Assembly (NCBI GenBank): GCA_965223425.1
Contig: OZ245003.1
Location: 608,001 to 672,000, forward strand
DNA from: Nitrosopumilus sp.
Lineage (GTDB): Archaea; Thermoproteota; Nitrososphaeria; Nitrososphaerales; Nitrosopumilaceae
DNA: 64,000 bases
Direction of reading: 5' to 3'
Shown: positions 30,203-41,110 of the stretch, in pieces
How the letters are laid out: each line of letters starts with the position of its first letter
Numbering within the stretch: the first letter of the stretch is position 1
The notes under the pieces: model-generated
Databases searched by the model: none
Told to the model about the DNA's origin: nothing
What the model saw: the letters and a program-made list of their open reading frames with translations, nothing else
Translations under genes and position numbers: made by a program

Positions 30203-31248
30203 GCTTTGGCTACTTTCACCAAGTCGCCTATCTTGATATCCATGCCAAACCTGTCTTCGTGTTTTTTCATATAACGAAATATTGCGATAAAGTCAGGCAA
30301 TGCCTTGATAAACTTGAAATCCTTGTGAATTTTTGCCCTCACAAAATTAAACACTTTGGCATACACCTTATAGTGCCTCTCGACTGCTTTTTCATAAGCT
30401 TTGAAATCATGCATGTTCTCCAAGAAAATATCAACGCATTGCATTGATGGGATGATTCCTTCCCCCAGCAACGCATAAACGGTTCCAATTGACTCGCCAA
30501 CCCCGACCACTTTTCCTGAATAGTATGGCTTGCATCTATCGGGAGTTGCCAGCCTGATTGGGCGTCCTTTGGTTTGTATTACCTTGCCTCCGTGTTTTTC
30601 TAAAAACTCGTCTGTCTTTTTGATGTGGTTTTTGTTGTAATCTCCGGCACCAATGTGTGCCCATTTCTCACCTAATGGAAAATACCAAAAATATCCTGAC
30701 ATGCCAGGAAATGGTTCAATGTAAAAGTCATCATATGGAACCCCGTCTTCGTATTCTACTTTGTATTCATATGTTGGTAAGAAAAAATCCTCTTCTAACT
30801 TTGGCAGATAAATTCTATGAAAACCTGTACAATCAACTATCATGTCATATTCTTTTTCTAACTCTTCTATCTTTGGTGCTTGGCCATAATTCACGTTACA
30901 GTCTTTTATAAAATCTTGAATTAGTCCTAATTTGTCATACGTGCATAATCCTTTCAACCCGATATCAAATTTTACATCATTGTTCATCTTGACATGCATG
31001 TTTTTGCCATCATGAATTAGAAAGTCATCAAAGTTTCTACCGGTTTTTTCACAAAATTCTTCTAGCTCTGATTTTATTGTTCCCCATGCGCAAATAGAAT
31101 CATGTCTTTCTTGTGGCATCCTTTCATATCCTACAACTTTGTGCTCAGAGTCTTTCAATCTGGCCATGAGGTAAGAGCCTGCCACTCCCATTCCCATCAC
31201 TGCTATCTTCAAGATATTTTGCGATTCAACCACGCCTAATAAATACAC
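30199..31248 (-). CDS. FAD-dependent oxidoreductase, geranylgeranyl reductase-like
   Basis: GMGVAG dinucleotide motif, GYFWYFP, GEGI. Confidence 0.8.
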   Translation of the reverse strand: MYLLGVVESQNILKIAVMGMGVAGSYLMARLKDSEHKVVGYERMPQERHDSICAWGTIKSELEEFCEKTGRNFDDFLIHDGKNMHVKMNNDVKFDIGLKGLCTYDKLGLIQDFIKDCNVNYGQAPKIEELEKEYDMIVDCTGFHRIYLPKLEEDFFLPTYEYKVEYEDGVPYDDFYIEPFPGMSGYFWYFPLGEKWAHIGAGDYNKNHIKKTDEFLEKHGGKVIQTKGRPIRLATPDRCKPYYSGKVVGVGESIGTVYALLGEGIIPSMQCVDIFLENMHDFKAYEKAVERHYKVYAKVFNFVRAKIHKDFKFIKALPDFIAIFRYMKKHEDRFGMDIKIGDLVKVAKA

Positions 31249-31422
31249 TGTCTGAAAATATTCTTGAGAATATTGCGGATTTTATCAGAAACTTGCAACA
31301 AAATAATATTGGCATTATTTAATGCCGCTATCACAAATTTACGTTATGTGGAGGGGATTCTTCTTGATTGCATCATCTGGAGACATCCAACCAAGGATTA
31401 AAAATAATTCTAAAATCTTGAT

Positions 31423-32980
31423 GTGTGAGTTCACCTACCCTGCCTAATCAAAAAATTTGATCATCTGATCCATATATTGCCTGTTTGCTACCATTTTCAT
31501 GGGGTCAAGGCCGACAAACCGGGAGCTGCAAGAGGCCCTGCGTTCTGCCACAGACAGGATAGCAGCACTCCAGTCAAAATTTGATACAGCATTAAACAAA
31601 ATAGAACAGTTTGAAAGGGCCATCGAGTATTACCAGCGCATGTTATCATACTATCAAAATCCCAACACCCCGCCGTCTGCTGACTCGCTTGAATGGAAGA
31701 GGCAAAAGAAGTAGCGTGCACAGCAAAGAAAAGACGGGGAGGGCAACAACGACAACGACAACAACGGCAAGCCCGGCGGCAGGACAGGACACGCCGGAGT
31801 ATCGCGGCATCACAGCCCACAGAGAAGACAGCGGCACGACTTTGAGCGCAGACAATCAGGCAGAAGCGCCGCAAGGATCCTTCCAAGATGCAGGTGCGGC
31901 AAGGCCATGGTTTTGGGCGACCCCCGCGTACGGGACATCATAGAGATGGAGGTCACCGCACACGAGACCCGCCACCGCATAGAGACTGCAGTCTGCACGT
32001 CGTGCGGCCATACAGAGGAGAGGCGCCAAACGGCGACCTGCCAAGACTCGGATCGTACGGCAAGAACGCGGTGGGGTTCGTCTCTGAGCTGCGCGCCGCC
32101 CGCGTCCCGCTCAAGATCATACCGCGCATCATACACTCTGTTGCCGGAGTCAGCATGTCTGCCTCCACTGCAAACAGCATCATGGCACGCACCGCAGACG
32201 CGCTGGAAGGCCAGGCATCTGAGATAGCAAAGAACGTGGCCAAATCAGAAAGCGCCGGGTTTGACGAGACCATGCATCGCGACTGCGGCACCAAAAAGCA
32301 GACAAACGTGGCCCAGTCAGGAAACAACATCTCAATACAGATCAGCCCAAGCAGGGCCACCCTGATGCTTGATTCGATGGACTATGACGGCATAGCAGTA
32401 ACTGACGCATACAGGGGGTACGACAGGTTCAATGCAGAGGACAGACACCAGCTGTGCTGGTCGCACGACATACGCAGGGCAAAAACCCTGGCAGAAAAAT
32501 ACGATCCCCTCCCAGATGACGGCAGGCGGAAAAAACGGCGGCAGTACCTCGAGGACCTGCGGTTTGTGTTCGGGGAGGCAAAACACGTCGCACGGCTGGG
32601 GGCGCACACGCTGAGGCAGCGGCACGTCATGGAGGACACCTTGGCAGACGTTCTTGACCGGTACTGCGGCACGGGTGATGATGATGATGATGATGATGAT
32701 GATGCAGACCTGCACAAGCTTGTCATGATGATGTACCGGCACCTTCCGCACCTGTTTACGTTTGTCCAGTACGCCGGTGTGGAGCCGACTAACAACGCAT
32801 CAGAGAGGGCGCTGCGCTATATGGTGGTGTTCCGGAAGATAAGCGGGCAGACCAAGGGCGGCAGCAAGTCCATGAAGCGCCTTGGAGATTTTGTAAGCTG
32901 CGTCCTGACGTGGCAGAATCACGGCAAGAGCGTGGCGCAGGAGGTTGCCAGACTGATATAAGGGGCAGGTGAACTCATAC
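31423..32980 (+). mobile_element. IS66-family element, transposase frameshifted
   Basis: TIR GTRTGAGTTCACCTRCCC; NTPPS, FDET, TDAY..Y, HQLCWSH, EPTNNASERALR; (GAT)n poly-Asp tract. Confidence 0.92.
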
Positions 32981-33019
32981 GTGATATTTTTCTCCTTTTT
33001 TATAACATATTGACAGTAA

Positions 33020-33328
33020 TCAAAAATTGTATTCTTTCTTTTGTCTCTTTCTCTCAGACTGAATTATGCCATCTATCTCTTTTTCTGATAGTTCGCCATA
33101 TTTTGTGATCTTGGGATCTAATTTTTTGTAGAGGTTTTGCAGATCTTTTACAACGTCTGACACGTTCATTTTTTTCATGATAACTGCATCTTTGTATCCA
33201 TATACTAGCAGTTTTGTCTTTGTTGTGATTCCAAGTTTTTCTCGAATATCTTGGGGTATGACCACTTGGCCTTTTCCACTTACAATTGTTACATCAGCTT
33301 TATCTTGTTGAGCCATATTATGTCTCAA
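33020..33328 (-). CDS. AbrB/MazE/SpoVT antitoxin
   Basis: VSGKGQVVIPQDIREKLGI. Confidence 0.88.
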   Translation of the reverse strand: MRHNMAQQDKADVTIVSGKGQVVIPQDIREKLGITTKTKLLVYGYKDAVIMKKMNVSDVVKDLQNLYKKLDPKITKYGELSEKEIDGIIQSERKRQKKEYNF

Positions 33329-33369
33329 CTAATCTTACTTTCTTACTTATTTTAAATATTGCTGTTTTA

Positions 33370-33470
33370 GGTTCTGTGAAGTTGTCGTGTGTTGGGTATG
33401 AAATATGAGTTTTCTCTGAATTGAAAATTTTCTCTTAACACATGTTAACACACGATAACTTCACAGAGCC
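33370..33470. mobile_element. MITE with IS6-like ends
   Basis: 24-bp TIR GGYTCTGTGAAGTTRTCGTGTGTT (22/24); interior similar to 39928-39963; no TSD seen. Confidence 0.85.
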
Positions 33471-33511
33471 ATCCAGTCAAATTTTTAAAAAGGATTCCTG
33501 TTTGTAGAAAT

Positions 33512-33940
33512 ATGAGTAATTACGATACAAGTAAAAAAGGTAGAGATCATGTCAAAAAATCATTAGAAAAAGAAGGATGGAAAGTCAAAATCATAGGCAC
33601 AAAAGATGAATATTTTGAAATTGAAAAGAATTCAAAATCACGTCTGATCAAAGTTAAAACACTGACAAATAAAACCCATATTGCTTTTGGAAGCACTTCA
33701 GATGAATGGAAAAAAGCTGATTTTATGATCATTTGTAGATTCTTAGAAAACAAAAAACCTGAATTGTTTATTTCGAATATTGAACAAATAGTTTTAGGAA
33801 TTAATAGTAGACCTGATTATTCTGAATGGTTATCGTCTAAAATCTATGAAAAATTTGAAACCTCCTTGAGTGTATTAAATGGAGAATCTTTATTTCAAAA
33901 AATATTAAGATTGTCAAAAAAATTACGAATTAAATTTTAA
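33512..33940 (+). CDS. Hypothetical protein, possible degenerate PD-(D/E)XK fold
   Basis: LEKEGWKV...LIKVKT pattern; AT-rich. Confidence 0.5.
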   Translation: MSNYDTSKKGRDHVKKSLEKEGWKVKIIGTKDEYFEIEKNSKSRLIKVKTLTNKTHIAFGSTSDEWKKADFMIICRFLENKKPELFISNIEQIVLGINSRPDYSEWLSSKIYEKFETSLSVLNGESLFQKILRLSKKLRIKF

Positions 33941-34295
33941 CCAACGACTATCCTTGCCATTTGATAACCAACTAAACTGATGTAATCATAAAATATCATT
34001 AATTTCCCACCAAATGTGTTTATCAATCCACCTTTAAGAGTTATCTTAATCAGTCTTCCCAGAAGTACCGAGTTTTCCTCTGAACTGTAACCAGTAATTT
34101 GTGATTCTACAGATTCTGGACATGTGTGATTCTTTGCAGTAGAAAGTTTCTCCTCTTGGCAATCTCTGTGAAGTACTTCTGGGAAGACTGTTTATAATGT
34201 TCGGTTCAAGGTCATTGACATGTTTCTTGATCTCACTTAACATTTTTCTTAATTCTAAATTCTCGTCTTCTGGATCAATATCTAATTCATACCAT
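33936..34295 (-). pseudogene. Frameshifted hypothetical gene
   Basis: ORF 34046-34243 has open extensions on both sides (YELDIDPED...; IKITLKGGLINTFGG... in another frame). Confidence 0.45.
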
Positions 34296-34330
34296 TACTG
34301 AAATCTTACAAAAGGCAAAAGAATAATTTT

Positions 34331-37192
34331 TTATTCAATTAAAATTGCAGGCTTGAACGGTCTTGCATGCTTTGCTTTTCCCTTTGGATCATAAACATCT
34401 GAATCAGATTCAGAATAAACTTGAATCTCTGCTCCAAAATCTTTCTTACCAATAGAACTTAGCTCATTTGCGAGAAAACCCTTCTCATTAAGTTCATCTG
34501 TTTCAAGTTTTGTTTTTCTAATTTCAGTTGGTTCAGATAAGATATCTTTGATAGTCTTTTGAACAAAATCAGGAATCTTCTTGACATCTGATGTCTCTGG
34601 ATCACTGATTAGATCTTTCATGACCGCACCCATGTTTGTTTGTCCCTCCATCACTTTTTCTAAAATAGTGTGATACACTTTGGATTTGAACTGACTTGCA
34701 GTATAGATTGTAATCTTTTGTGGAGTCATCTTTGTGACTTTAAGAATATTTGCAACGTCGCCTATTGTTGATTTTAACAGTTCCTCAGATTGAATTGCAG
34801 CAGCATCTATGTTTTCTTGGATGAATTCTGGCCATTTTGATGTTGATACAAGTTCAGAATGACCAAGTTTCTCCCACATTTCTTCAGCAATATGTGGGGC
34901 AAATGGTGAAAGCATTGCAACACGTGTAGAGTTTATCTGATGCAGTATTCCTGAAATATTTTCTCTGTTTTTCGCCTTGACTCTTTTCATGTACCACCCC
35001 AAATCTGATTCAAATGAGAACAAAATATCATGTAGGGCCTCCCGCAACCTCATCTTTTCAATTGCAGCAGTTACCTGTGATACCATGCTTTGAGTTTTAG
35101 ATAAAATCCACCTGTCTTCGGCCTCTAGGTTCCCTATCTTTTCTGCTTTGAGTCTAGAACACTCGTCATACAGTGATTCTAGTTTATGCTTGACTCCGCC
35201 TACTGCTTCTAACTTAAAGTCAGCATCTTGTAATAACTCAGCTGATATGATAATTGCTAATCTTATTGGATCTGCCCCATGGTCTTGTATGGCTTGTCGT
35301 AATGGAATGATGTTTCCCATACTTTTTGACATTTTTTTGCCATCCATTAGTACAGAACCGTTAACTACAATTTGTTGCGGCCAATTCTCTTCAGGAAATA
35401 TTGCTACGTGGTTTAATACAAAAAATGTCAGGTGATTTGGAACCAAATCCCGACCCGAATGTCTCGAGTCAACTGGATAAAAATACGTAAACTCTTTTCT
35501 TATTTTCTCTACAATCTCAGCTGGAATGTCTGGTACTTTCTCAGCTGAACCCTCTCCTAAAAAGACATAATTAAAGAATTCTTTTGATAGATTCTCTGCC
35601 TTGACTGTTCCGTCATTGACAAATCTGGATATGGTATAATATGACATGTAAATTACAGAGTCAGACAAGCTCTCAACAATCCAGTCCTTATCCCATGGTA
35701 GTTTAGTGCCCAAACCATGTTGTCTTGCACAAGCTCGTTCTCGTAACCATCCAACTACGTAATGAAATTCGCCAACAATTTCATTTGGTAAAACACTCAT
35801 TGAATCAAAACACTTTGTAGCTTTTGATTTCCAATCTTTGTCCCCGTAATTGAGGAACCATTGATTTGATAAAATTTTAACAACACACTCGGCTCCACAA
35901 CGACACTTTACAGGAGTGTTTGTTAGTTCTAATAGGATGTCTGAATATTTTTTATCCTCTAACCACTCTTTGATGGCATCTTTAGCCTCATCTACTTTTT
36001 TTCCTGCAAACTGTCCACAGTTTTCTTTAAGAATGCCACCATAGAATTCTTTTCCGTAGACTTCGGTTGTAGCTTCCTCCAGCTTCGGATCATCCTGATT
36101 CTTTATCTCAAATTTCTCACAGGCCTCTTTTGCTGAGAAATCACCATATTCCTCAGTAGAAATAATTGAAACAGGCTTGATTAACTGCAGTTCTGAGCCC
36201 AGAGGCTGGTTTTTCTTAAAATCAACTAATGCCTGATAGTCAAATGGTGCATGTGCAGGAACTGACATTACAAGACCGGTTCCAGTAGCTGACTCTACAA
36301 AGCTTGCCTCTAACATCGGAATTGACTCGTTTTTATGTGGAATTGTAACATTTTTTCCAATTAAATCAGAACCTGCAATTTCACCATCACAAGTGATCTC
36401 CCTGTCCAAAAATTCTAACTTGTGTGCACACTCAGCTGATACAATCCATTTCTCACCATCAACAGTAATTTTCTTGTAAATCGTTTCAGGATTTACCCAA
36501 AGATTTGTCACACCAAAGATAGTTTCCGGACGTAATGTTGCAGTTGGTACTACATAACCGTCAAACTGAAATTTGATCAAGATGTATTCTGTAAAATCCG
36601 GCTCTACATCGCCTAGCGTATCATGCTGCGATACGGGATTTTGATCACGTGGACACCATCCTACGGGATGATTTCCCTGAATGATCAGGTTTCTCTCTCT
36701 TAAGGCATTGATTTGCCACTCAATAAATTTCTGATAAGCTGGAACTATGGTGGTAAACTCTCTTCTCCAATCAATGGAATAGCCCATCTCTATCATTCCA
36801 GCCTTGATCTCTTCATGAAAATAGTCTGCAATCTTTATTGGCTCAACAAATGTTTTGATGTCCTCTTCTGGAACGTGGTAGATGTTTCGAAGGCCGTCAA
36901 GAATTTCTTTATCTTGAGATTCCACTCTTTTTGCCATTCCAAGAATTGGTGTTCCGGTATAGTGAAATCCCATTGGAAACAGGACATTGTATCCCCGCAT
37001 TCTATAGAATCTTGCATGAACATCAGCAATGGTGTAAGTTCTGCCATGTCCAATATGTTGTGGTGAGTTTGGATATGGGTATGCTACTGTAATGAATTTT
37101 TTTGGTTTATCATTTGGGTTTGCCTCAAAGTCGCAAGTTTCTTGCCATCTGTTTCTCCACTTTGACTCAATCTCTTTCCAGTTAATTTCCAT
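34331..37192 (-). CDS. leuS: Leucyl-tRNA synthetase
   Basis: HIGH, ATLRPET editing domain, KMSKS. Confidence 0.97.
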   Translation of the reverse strand: MEINWKEIESKWRNRWQETCDFEANPNDKPKKFITVAYPYPNSPQHIGHGRTYTIADVHARFYRMRGYNVLFPMGFHYTGTPILGMAKRVESQDKEILDGLRNIYHVPEEDIKTFVEPIKIADYFHEEIKAGMIEMGYSIDWRREFTTIVPAYQKFIEWQINALRERNLIIQGNHPVGWCPRDQNPVSQHDTLGDVEPDFTEYILIKFQFDGYVVPTATLRPETIFGVTNLWVNPETIYKKITVDGEKWIVSAECAHKLEFLDREITCDGEIAGSDLIGKNVTIPHKNESIPMLEASFVESATGTGLVMSVPAHAPFDYQALVDFKKNQPLGSELQLIKPVSIISTEEYGDFSAKEACEKFEIKNQDDPKLEEATTEVYGKEFYGGILKENCGQFAGKKVDEAKDAIKEWLEDKKYSDILLELTNTPVKCRCGAECVVKILSNQWFLNYGDKDWKSKATKCFDSMSVLPNEIVGEFHYVVGWLRERACARQHGLGTKLPWDKDWIVESLSDSVIYMSYYTISRFVNDGTVKAENLSKEFFNYVFLGEGSAEKVPDIPAEIVEKIRKEFTYFYPVDSRHSGRDLVPNHLTFFVLNHVAIFPEENWPQQIVVNGSVLMDGKKMSKSMGNIIPLRQAIQDHGADPIRLAIIISAELLQDADFKLEAVGGVKHKLESLYDECSRLKAEKIGNLEAEDRWILSKTQSMVSQVTAAIEKMRLREALHDILFSFESDLGWYMKRVKAKNRENISGILHQINSTRVAMLSPFAPHIAEEMWEKLGHSELVSTSKWPEFIQENIDAAAIQSEELLKSTIGDVANILKVTKMTPQKITIYTASQFKSKVYHTILEKVMEGQTNMGAVMKDLISDPETSDVKKIPDFVQKTIKDILSEPTEIRKTKLETDELNEKGFLANELSSIGKKDFGAEIQVYSESDSDVYDPKGKAKHARPFKPAILIE

Positions 37193-39863
37193 AATCTTGT
37201 CCTAAAATCATTGATTTTGCCTTGGCTAATGCCTTGTCTTTTTTAGATGTGTCTTTTCCTCCACCTTGAGCAAATTTGGCATCTCCCCCTCCAGAACCGC
37301 CCAGAATTTCTGATATTTCCTTGGCAATTGAGCCTGCATTGATGCCTGATTGCTCACCTGAAAATACCATTATTCTGACTGTTGGGCCGGCCTCAAAGAT
37401 TCCACAATATGCAGCTTTTGAGTCTTGTACCAGTTTTTTGCCAAAGTTTTGATGAAAATACTCGTCATAATCACTACTCTCTGTAAGGCACAACTTGTCT
37501 TTGACATGGATTCCATCAAAATGTCCTGATTCTCCGGCTAGAATTTTTTCTAATAGAACGGGAATCTTTTTTCTTGCCTTTTGCTTGTTTTCTTCTCTTT
37601 GTCTTTCTATGATGTCTTTTTGAGCTGTTTCTTCAGCTAGTTCTGCTTGTTTTATTTCTTGGTCTTTGATGTATTGTTGTGCAGTTGGTCCTGACACAAA
37701 CTCAATTCTCACTACTCCGTCTTGAATTCGTTTTGTTTTTGTAATTTTGATTAATCCTATCTCTTTTGTTTTTTTGACATGTGTTCCGCCACATGCTTCT
37801 ACGTCAAAGTCTTCAATTGATACAATTCTAACTGATTTGACAGGAACTACCCCTCCTTGGTAGATCTTGAAACCGTATTTTTGCTCAGCAGTACCTCTAT
37901 CACAATTCTCAATTGATACGGACATGTCTTTTGCAACTATTTTATTTGCAGCTTTCTCAATCTGTGCCACTTGTTCCTCAGTTAGTGAAGAGTGATGAGT
38001 GATGTCTAGCCTGGCATGATCAGCTTCTTTGAATGCCGAATGCTGCCATATCCATGAACCTAATACTTTTCTGGCCGATGAGTTTAGAATATGTGTACTG
38101 GTGTGATTTTTTGTAATGTTTGCTCTACGTGTCTTATCAACCACACATGATACAGCATCTCCCTGTTTTGGAATTTCTCCATCTAACTTGTGCAAAATTA
38201 TGCCACCGTGTTTATTCACATCAACTACTTTTGAGCCTGAGATGGTGCCATGGTCTGGTTCTTGTCCTCCCCCTCTTGCATAAAACGAAGTCCTATCAAG
38301 CACTACCAAATCATCAATCACTCTAAGAACTCTGGCATCAAAATTCATTGGGTCATCTTTGTAAAACAGCGTCTCCGTATCTGGAAGATCTTCGATTGCT
38401 AGTTGTTCTGCAGTCTTTTTCTTATCTGATTGGTGCAAATCGGATAATTTTTCATAAAATGATGAAGGAATCTCCGAAATTGCCTCTATTTCTTTGAGAT
38501 ATTCGGGCGTAATTCCGTCTGACTCGTATAATGTAATTAGTTCGTCAACTGTCGGTATTCCTTTTTCGCGAATCTTGTCGGCTTTCTTCTTCATGTGTAC
38601 CTTGGATTCAACATATCTTTGTGACTCTAGTGTGAGAACCGTCTTGGCGTCTTGTCTTTTTCCATCAAGTTCCGGATGGGTGTCTCTAAGATAATCAACA
38701 TGCATGTCAACTAGCTCGTCAATGTCTATCTTGAGATTCATCCTATCGGCCGTTCCATTAATTCTCCGCAACATCATTCGAAGATTGTATCCTCCACCGA
38801 CATTACTTGGTAATGCACCATCAGTAATTGCAAATATCAAAGTTCGAAGATGGTCTGCAATTAGGTACACTCCTTCAAGTGGTGTGACGATTCTGCCAAT
38901 CTGATCTTCAGTTAATCCTGCAGAACTTACTGCATGTTTTCTAACGTCTATCAGATCATCATAAATCTCTAGATTCTTTGCAATTGCTGTAAAATAATTT
39001 GTTAGCATTTCAGAATCTGAATCAGCTCCTATTTTTTGCATGAGATGGTTGGTGATTGGACCAAAACAGCAATCATATGCAGTTGGGGTTCCGTTTGTAA
39101 TCCATGCAAAGCGCTCAAGGCCGGCGCCCATGTCAATTACCCTCTGATCAAGTGTGGTGTGTCTGCCTAACTCACCCTGAAATTCAGTAAATACTGCGTT
39201 TCCAAGCTCCAATCCTCTGACAAAATATTCCAATGATGAACCAAATGAACCACCGCCGGCCCAAACATCTTCAACAAACACAACTTCTTCCCTTTTTATT
39301 CCAAATTGGTCAGTTAGCAATCTGTAATCCAGATCAACGCATTCATCTTTCCAATACCCATCCTCATTTGGAACACTGTGTTGCCCTATCATGCAGAAAC
39401 TCGAAAAGTGACGTCCTGTCACCCCCACATTTTCTAAATCTTTGAAACGTAAACAAGTTTGTGGAACTACAAGTGGGTTTGCAGGAAACTCAAATACCAC
39501 TTTTGATCCCATTACCCTTTGAAAATCAACAATTGACGCAATTGTAAAGTACAAGTCATCACGCCACCTACAAACAACAGGATACCTGCTAACTGACGTG
39601 TGGTTATTTTTTACAAAAAATTCTTCAACCTGCTTCCAAGCTTGCGTATAATCAAATCGCTTTGTTGTTGGAGGCTCTCCAATGAATGAATAGGTGTCAT
39701 CTGCGTCTTCTGGACACATATCTCGTCCAGAATCCAAAGTCCAAAAGAATCTGCCACACTCTGAACACGGTTTTCTGACAAAACCCTGTTCTTCAAATAA
39801 TTTGACTTTATAGTATCTGTCAGAATCTGATGAAAATTCCTTTAAAATCTCTTTTTTATCCAA
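37182..39863 (-). CDS. alaS: Alanyl-tRNA synthetase
   Basis: IDMGAGLER, IADHLRT, HTSTH and EACGGTH editing motifs, GGGGDAKFAQGGG. Confidence 0.97.
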   Translation of the reverse strand: MDKKEILKEFSSDSDRYYKVKLFEEQGFVRKPCSECGRFFWTLDSGRDMCPEDADDTYSFIGEPPTTKRFDYTQAWKQVEEFFVKNNHTSVSRYPVVCRWRDDLYFTIASIVDFQRVMGSKVVFEFPANPLVVPQTCLRFKDLENVGVTGRHFSSFCMIGQHSVPNEDGYWKDECVDLDYRLLTDQFGIKREEVVFVEDVWAGGGSFGSSLEYFVRGLELGNAVFTEFQGELGRHTTLDQRVIDMGAGLERFAWITNGTPTAYDCCFGPITNHLMQKIGADSDSEMLTNYFTAIAKNLEIYDDLIDVRKHAVSSAGLTEDQIGRIVTPLEGVYLIADHLRTLIFAITDGALPSNVGGGYNLRMMLRRINGTADRMNLKIDIDELVDMHVDYLRDTHPELDGKRQDAKTVLTLESQRYVESKVHMKKKADKIREKGIPTVDELITLYESDGITPEYLKEIEAISEIPSSFYEKLSDLHQSDKKKTAEQLAIEDLPDTETLFYKDDPMNFDARVLRVIDDLVVLDRTSFYARGGGQEPDHGTISGSKVVDVNKHGGIILHKLDGEIPKQGDAVSCVVDKTRRANITKNHTSTHILNSSARKVLGSWIWQHSAFKEADHARLDITHHSSLTEEQVAQIEKAANKIVAKDMSVSIENCDRGTAEQKYGFKIYQGGVVPVKSVRIVSIEDFDVEACGGTHVKKTKEIGLIKITKTKRIQDGVVRIEFVSGPTAQQYIKDQEIKQAELAEETAQKDIIERQREENKQKARKKIPVLLEKILAGESGHFDGIHVKDKLCLTESSDYDEYFHQNFGKKLVQDSKAAYCGIFEAGPTVRIMVFSGEQSGINAGSIAKEISEILGGSGGGDAKFAQGGGKDTSKKDKALAKAKSMILGQDYGN

Positions 39864-39903
39864 CGATGAAGCATCTCCAATCCAATATTAAGAATTGTCT
39901 ATC

Positions 39904-40234
39904 GGGTTCTGTTGGGTTATAGTGATATGGGTATGAAATACGGATCTTCTCTGGATTGAAAATCATATCTAAACCAAATCCTTACTTAATGATGCATTCT
40001 GGATGATAGCCTTCCATTTGTTAGTCCCTTCAACAGTTATCCTTGAGGCCTGTGCTGGTGTCCTGCCCTTCAATGCACCGTACCAAACTCTGCCTTTTTC
40101 AGTGATTCCAGAGTTGCCTTGATGTGTTTGCAGTCGCCCTTGAAACCACAGTTGCAGGCAAGACCATTACCTGTAGAACTGACCTCATGATCACCAGCTT
40201 GATATTTGCCCAGATAGAGCTGTTTTGTTTTCAT
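39904..40234 (-). mobile_element. IS6-like element end plus internally deleted SWIM-domain transposase (39969-40234)
   Basis: TIR GGGTTCTGTTGGGTTAT; N-terminal CNC.....CKHI joined out of frame to C-terminal GALKGRTPAQASRITVEGTNKWKAIIQNAS. Confidence 0.7.
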
Positions 40235-40374
40235 GCGTACATTACCTCGAAAATTAATATGTTAGAAAATGAATCAAGAAGTGAGGGCTCAGATGTACTC
40301 ACTGTCATCACATTGATGTCAGATTGCACGCGGCTCATCATTGCCCTCATTTTTGTTTGATTCATATAATAGAT

Positions 40375-40435
40375 TAACAGCACGGTTATTTATTACTTAC
40401 TGTTAACAGAACTGTTATTAACAGATCTGTTAATA
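40375..40435. promoter_or_regulatory. Three TAACAGnnC(T/G)GTTA operator-like palindromes in a divergent promoter
   Basis: Copies at 40375-40388, 40404-40417 and perfect 20-bp TATTAACAGATCTGTTAATA at 40416-40435, next to TTTATAA. Confidence 0.7.
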
Positions 40436-40461
40436 TTTATAATACATGTATGTAATTCTAA

Positions 40462-40653
40462 ATGAAGTTGACACGCTGGAAAAAAAATGCTAAAGAATTT
40501 GATGTGAGTATTAGCCAAAGTAAGAACAAGGATGGCTCTCAAAGTCTCATCTGCCGTATTCCAAAACCTGTTGTGGAATCACTTGGAAATCCAGACTCGT
40601 TAGTTTTCAAGTTAGGCAAAAACAAAGTATCTGTAGAGGCTGGCAATAAATGA
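40462..40653 (+). CDS. Small AbrB-like DNA-binding protein
   Basis: SLICRIPKPVVESLG looped-hinge pattern; ATGA overlap with methylase. Confidence 0.65.
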   Translation: MKLTRWKKNAKEFDVSISQSKNKDGSQSLICRIPKPVVESLGNPDSLVFKLGKNKVSVEAGNK

Positions 40654-41110
40654 AACCAACTGTTGTCTCTCTGTTTTCTGGATGTGGTGGTATGGACTTG
40701 GGTTTTAAACTGGCAGGATTTGAAATTAAATGGGCAAATGACAACAACAAAGATGCTGTTAACACCTATATGAAAAATATAGGCAAGCATATTGTCTTGG
40801 GAGATATTACAAAGATACCAAGTCACAGCATACCTGACAATCCAGATGTGTTGTTAGGAGGTTTTTCATGTCAGGGGTTCTCAGTTGCAAACACAAAAAG
40901 AAATGTCAACGATCCACGAAATTTTCTTTACTTAGAAATGATTCGTATGATTAAAGATAAGAAGCCGTTGTTTTTTGTGGCTGAAAATGTAAAAGGCATA
41001 CTTTCAATTGGTAATGGAAAGTTTATCAAACGCCTTGTATCTGATTTCCGAAAATTAGGATATGACTTGAATTACCAACTGCTAAACTGTGCAGATTATG
41101 GGGTTCCACA
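40650..41110 (+). pseudogene. C5-cytosine methyltransferase, truncated by IS
   Basis: SLFSGCGG, GGFSCQGFS, ENVKG, YGVPQ then IS TIR. Confidence 0.92.
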
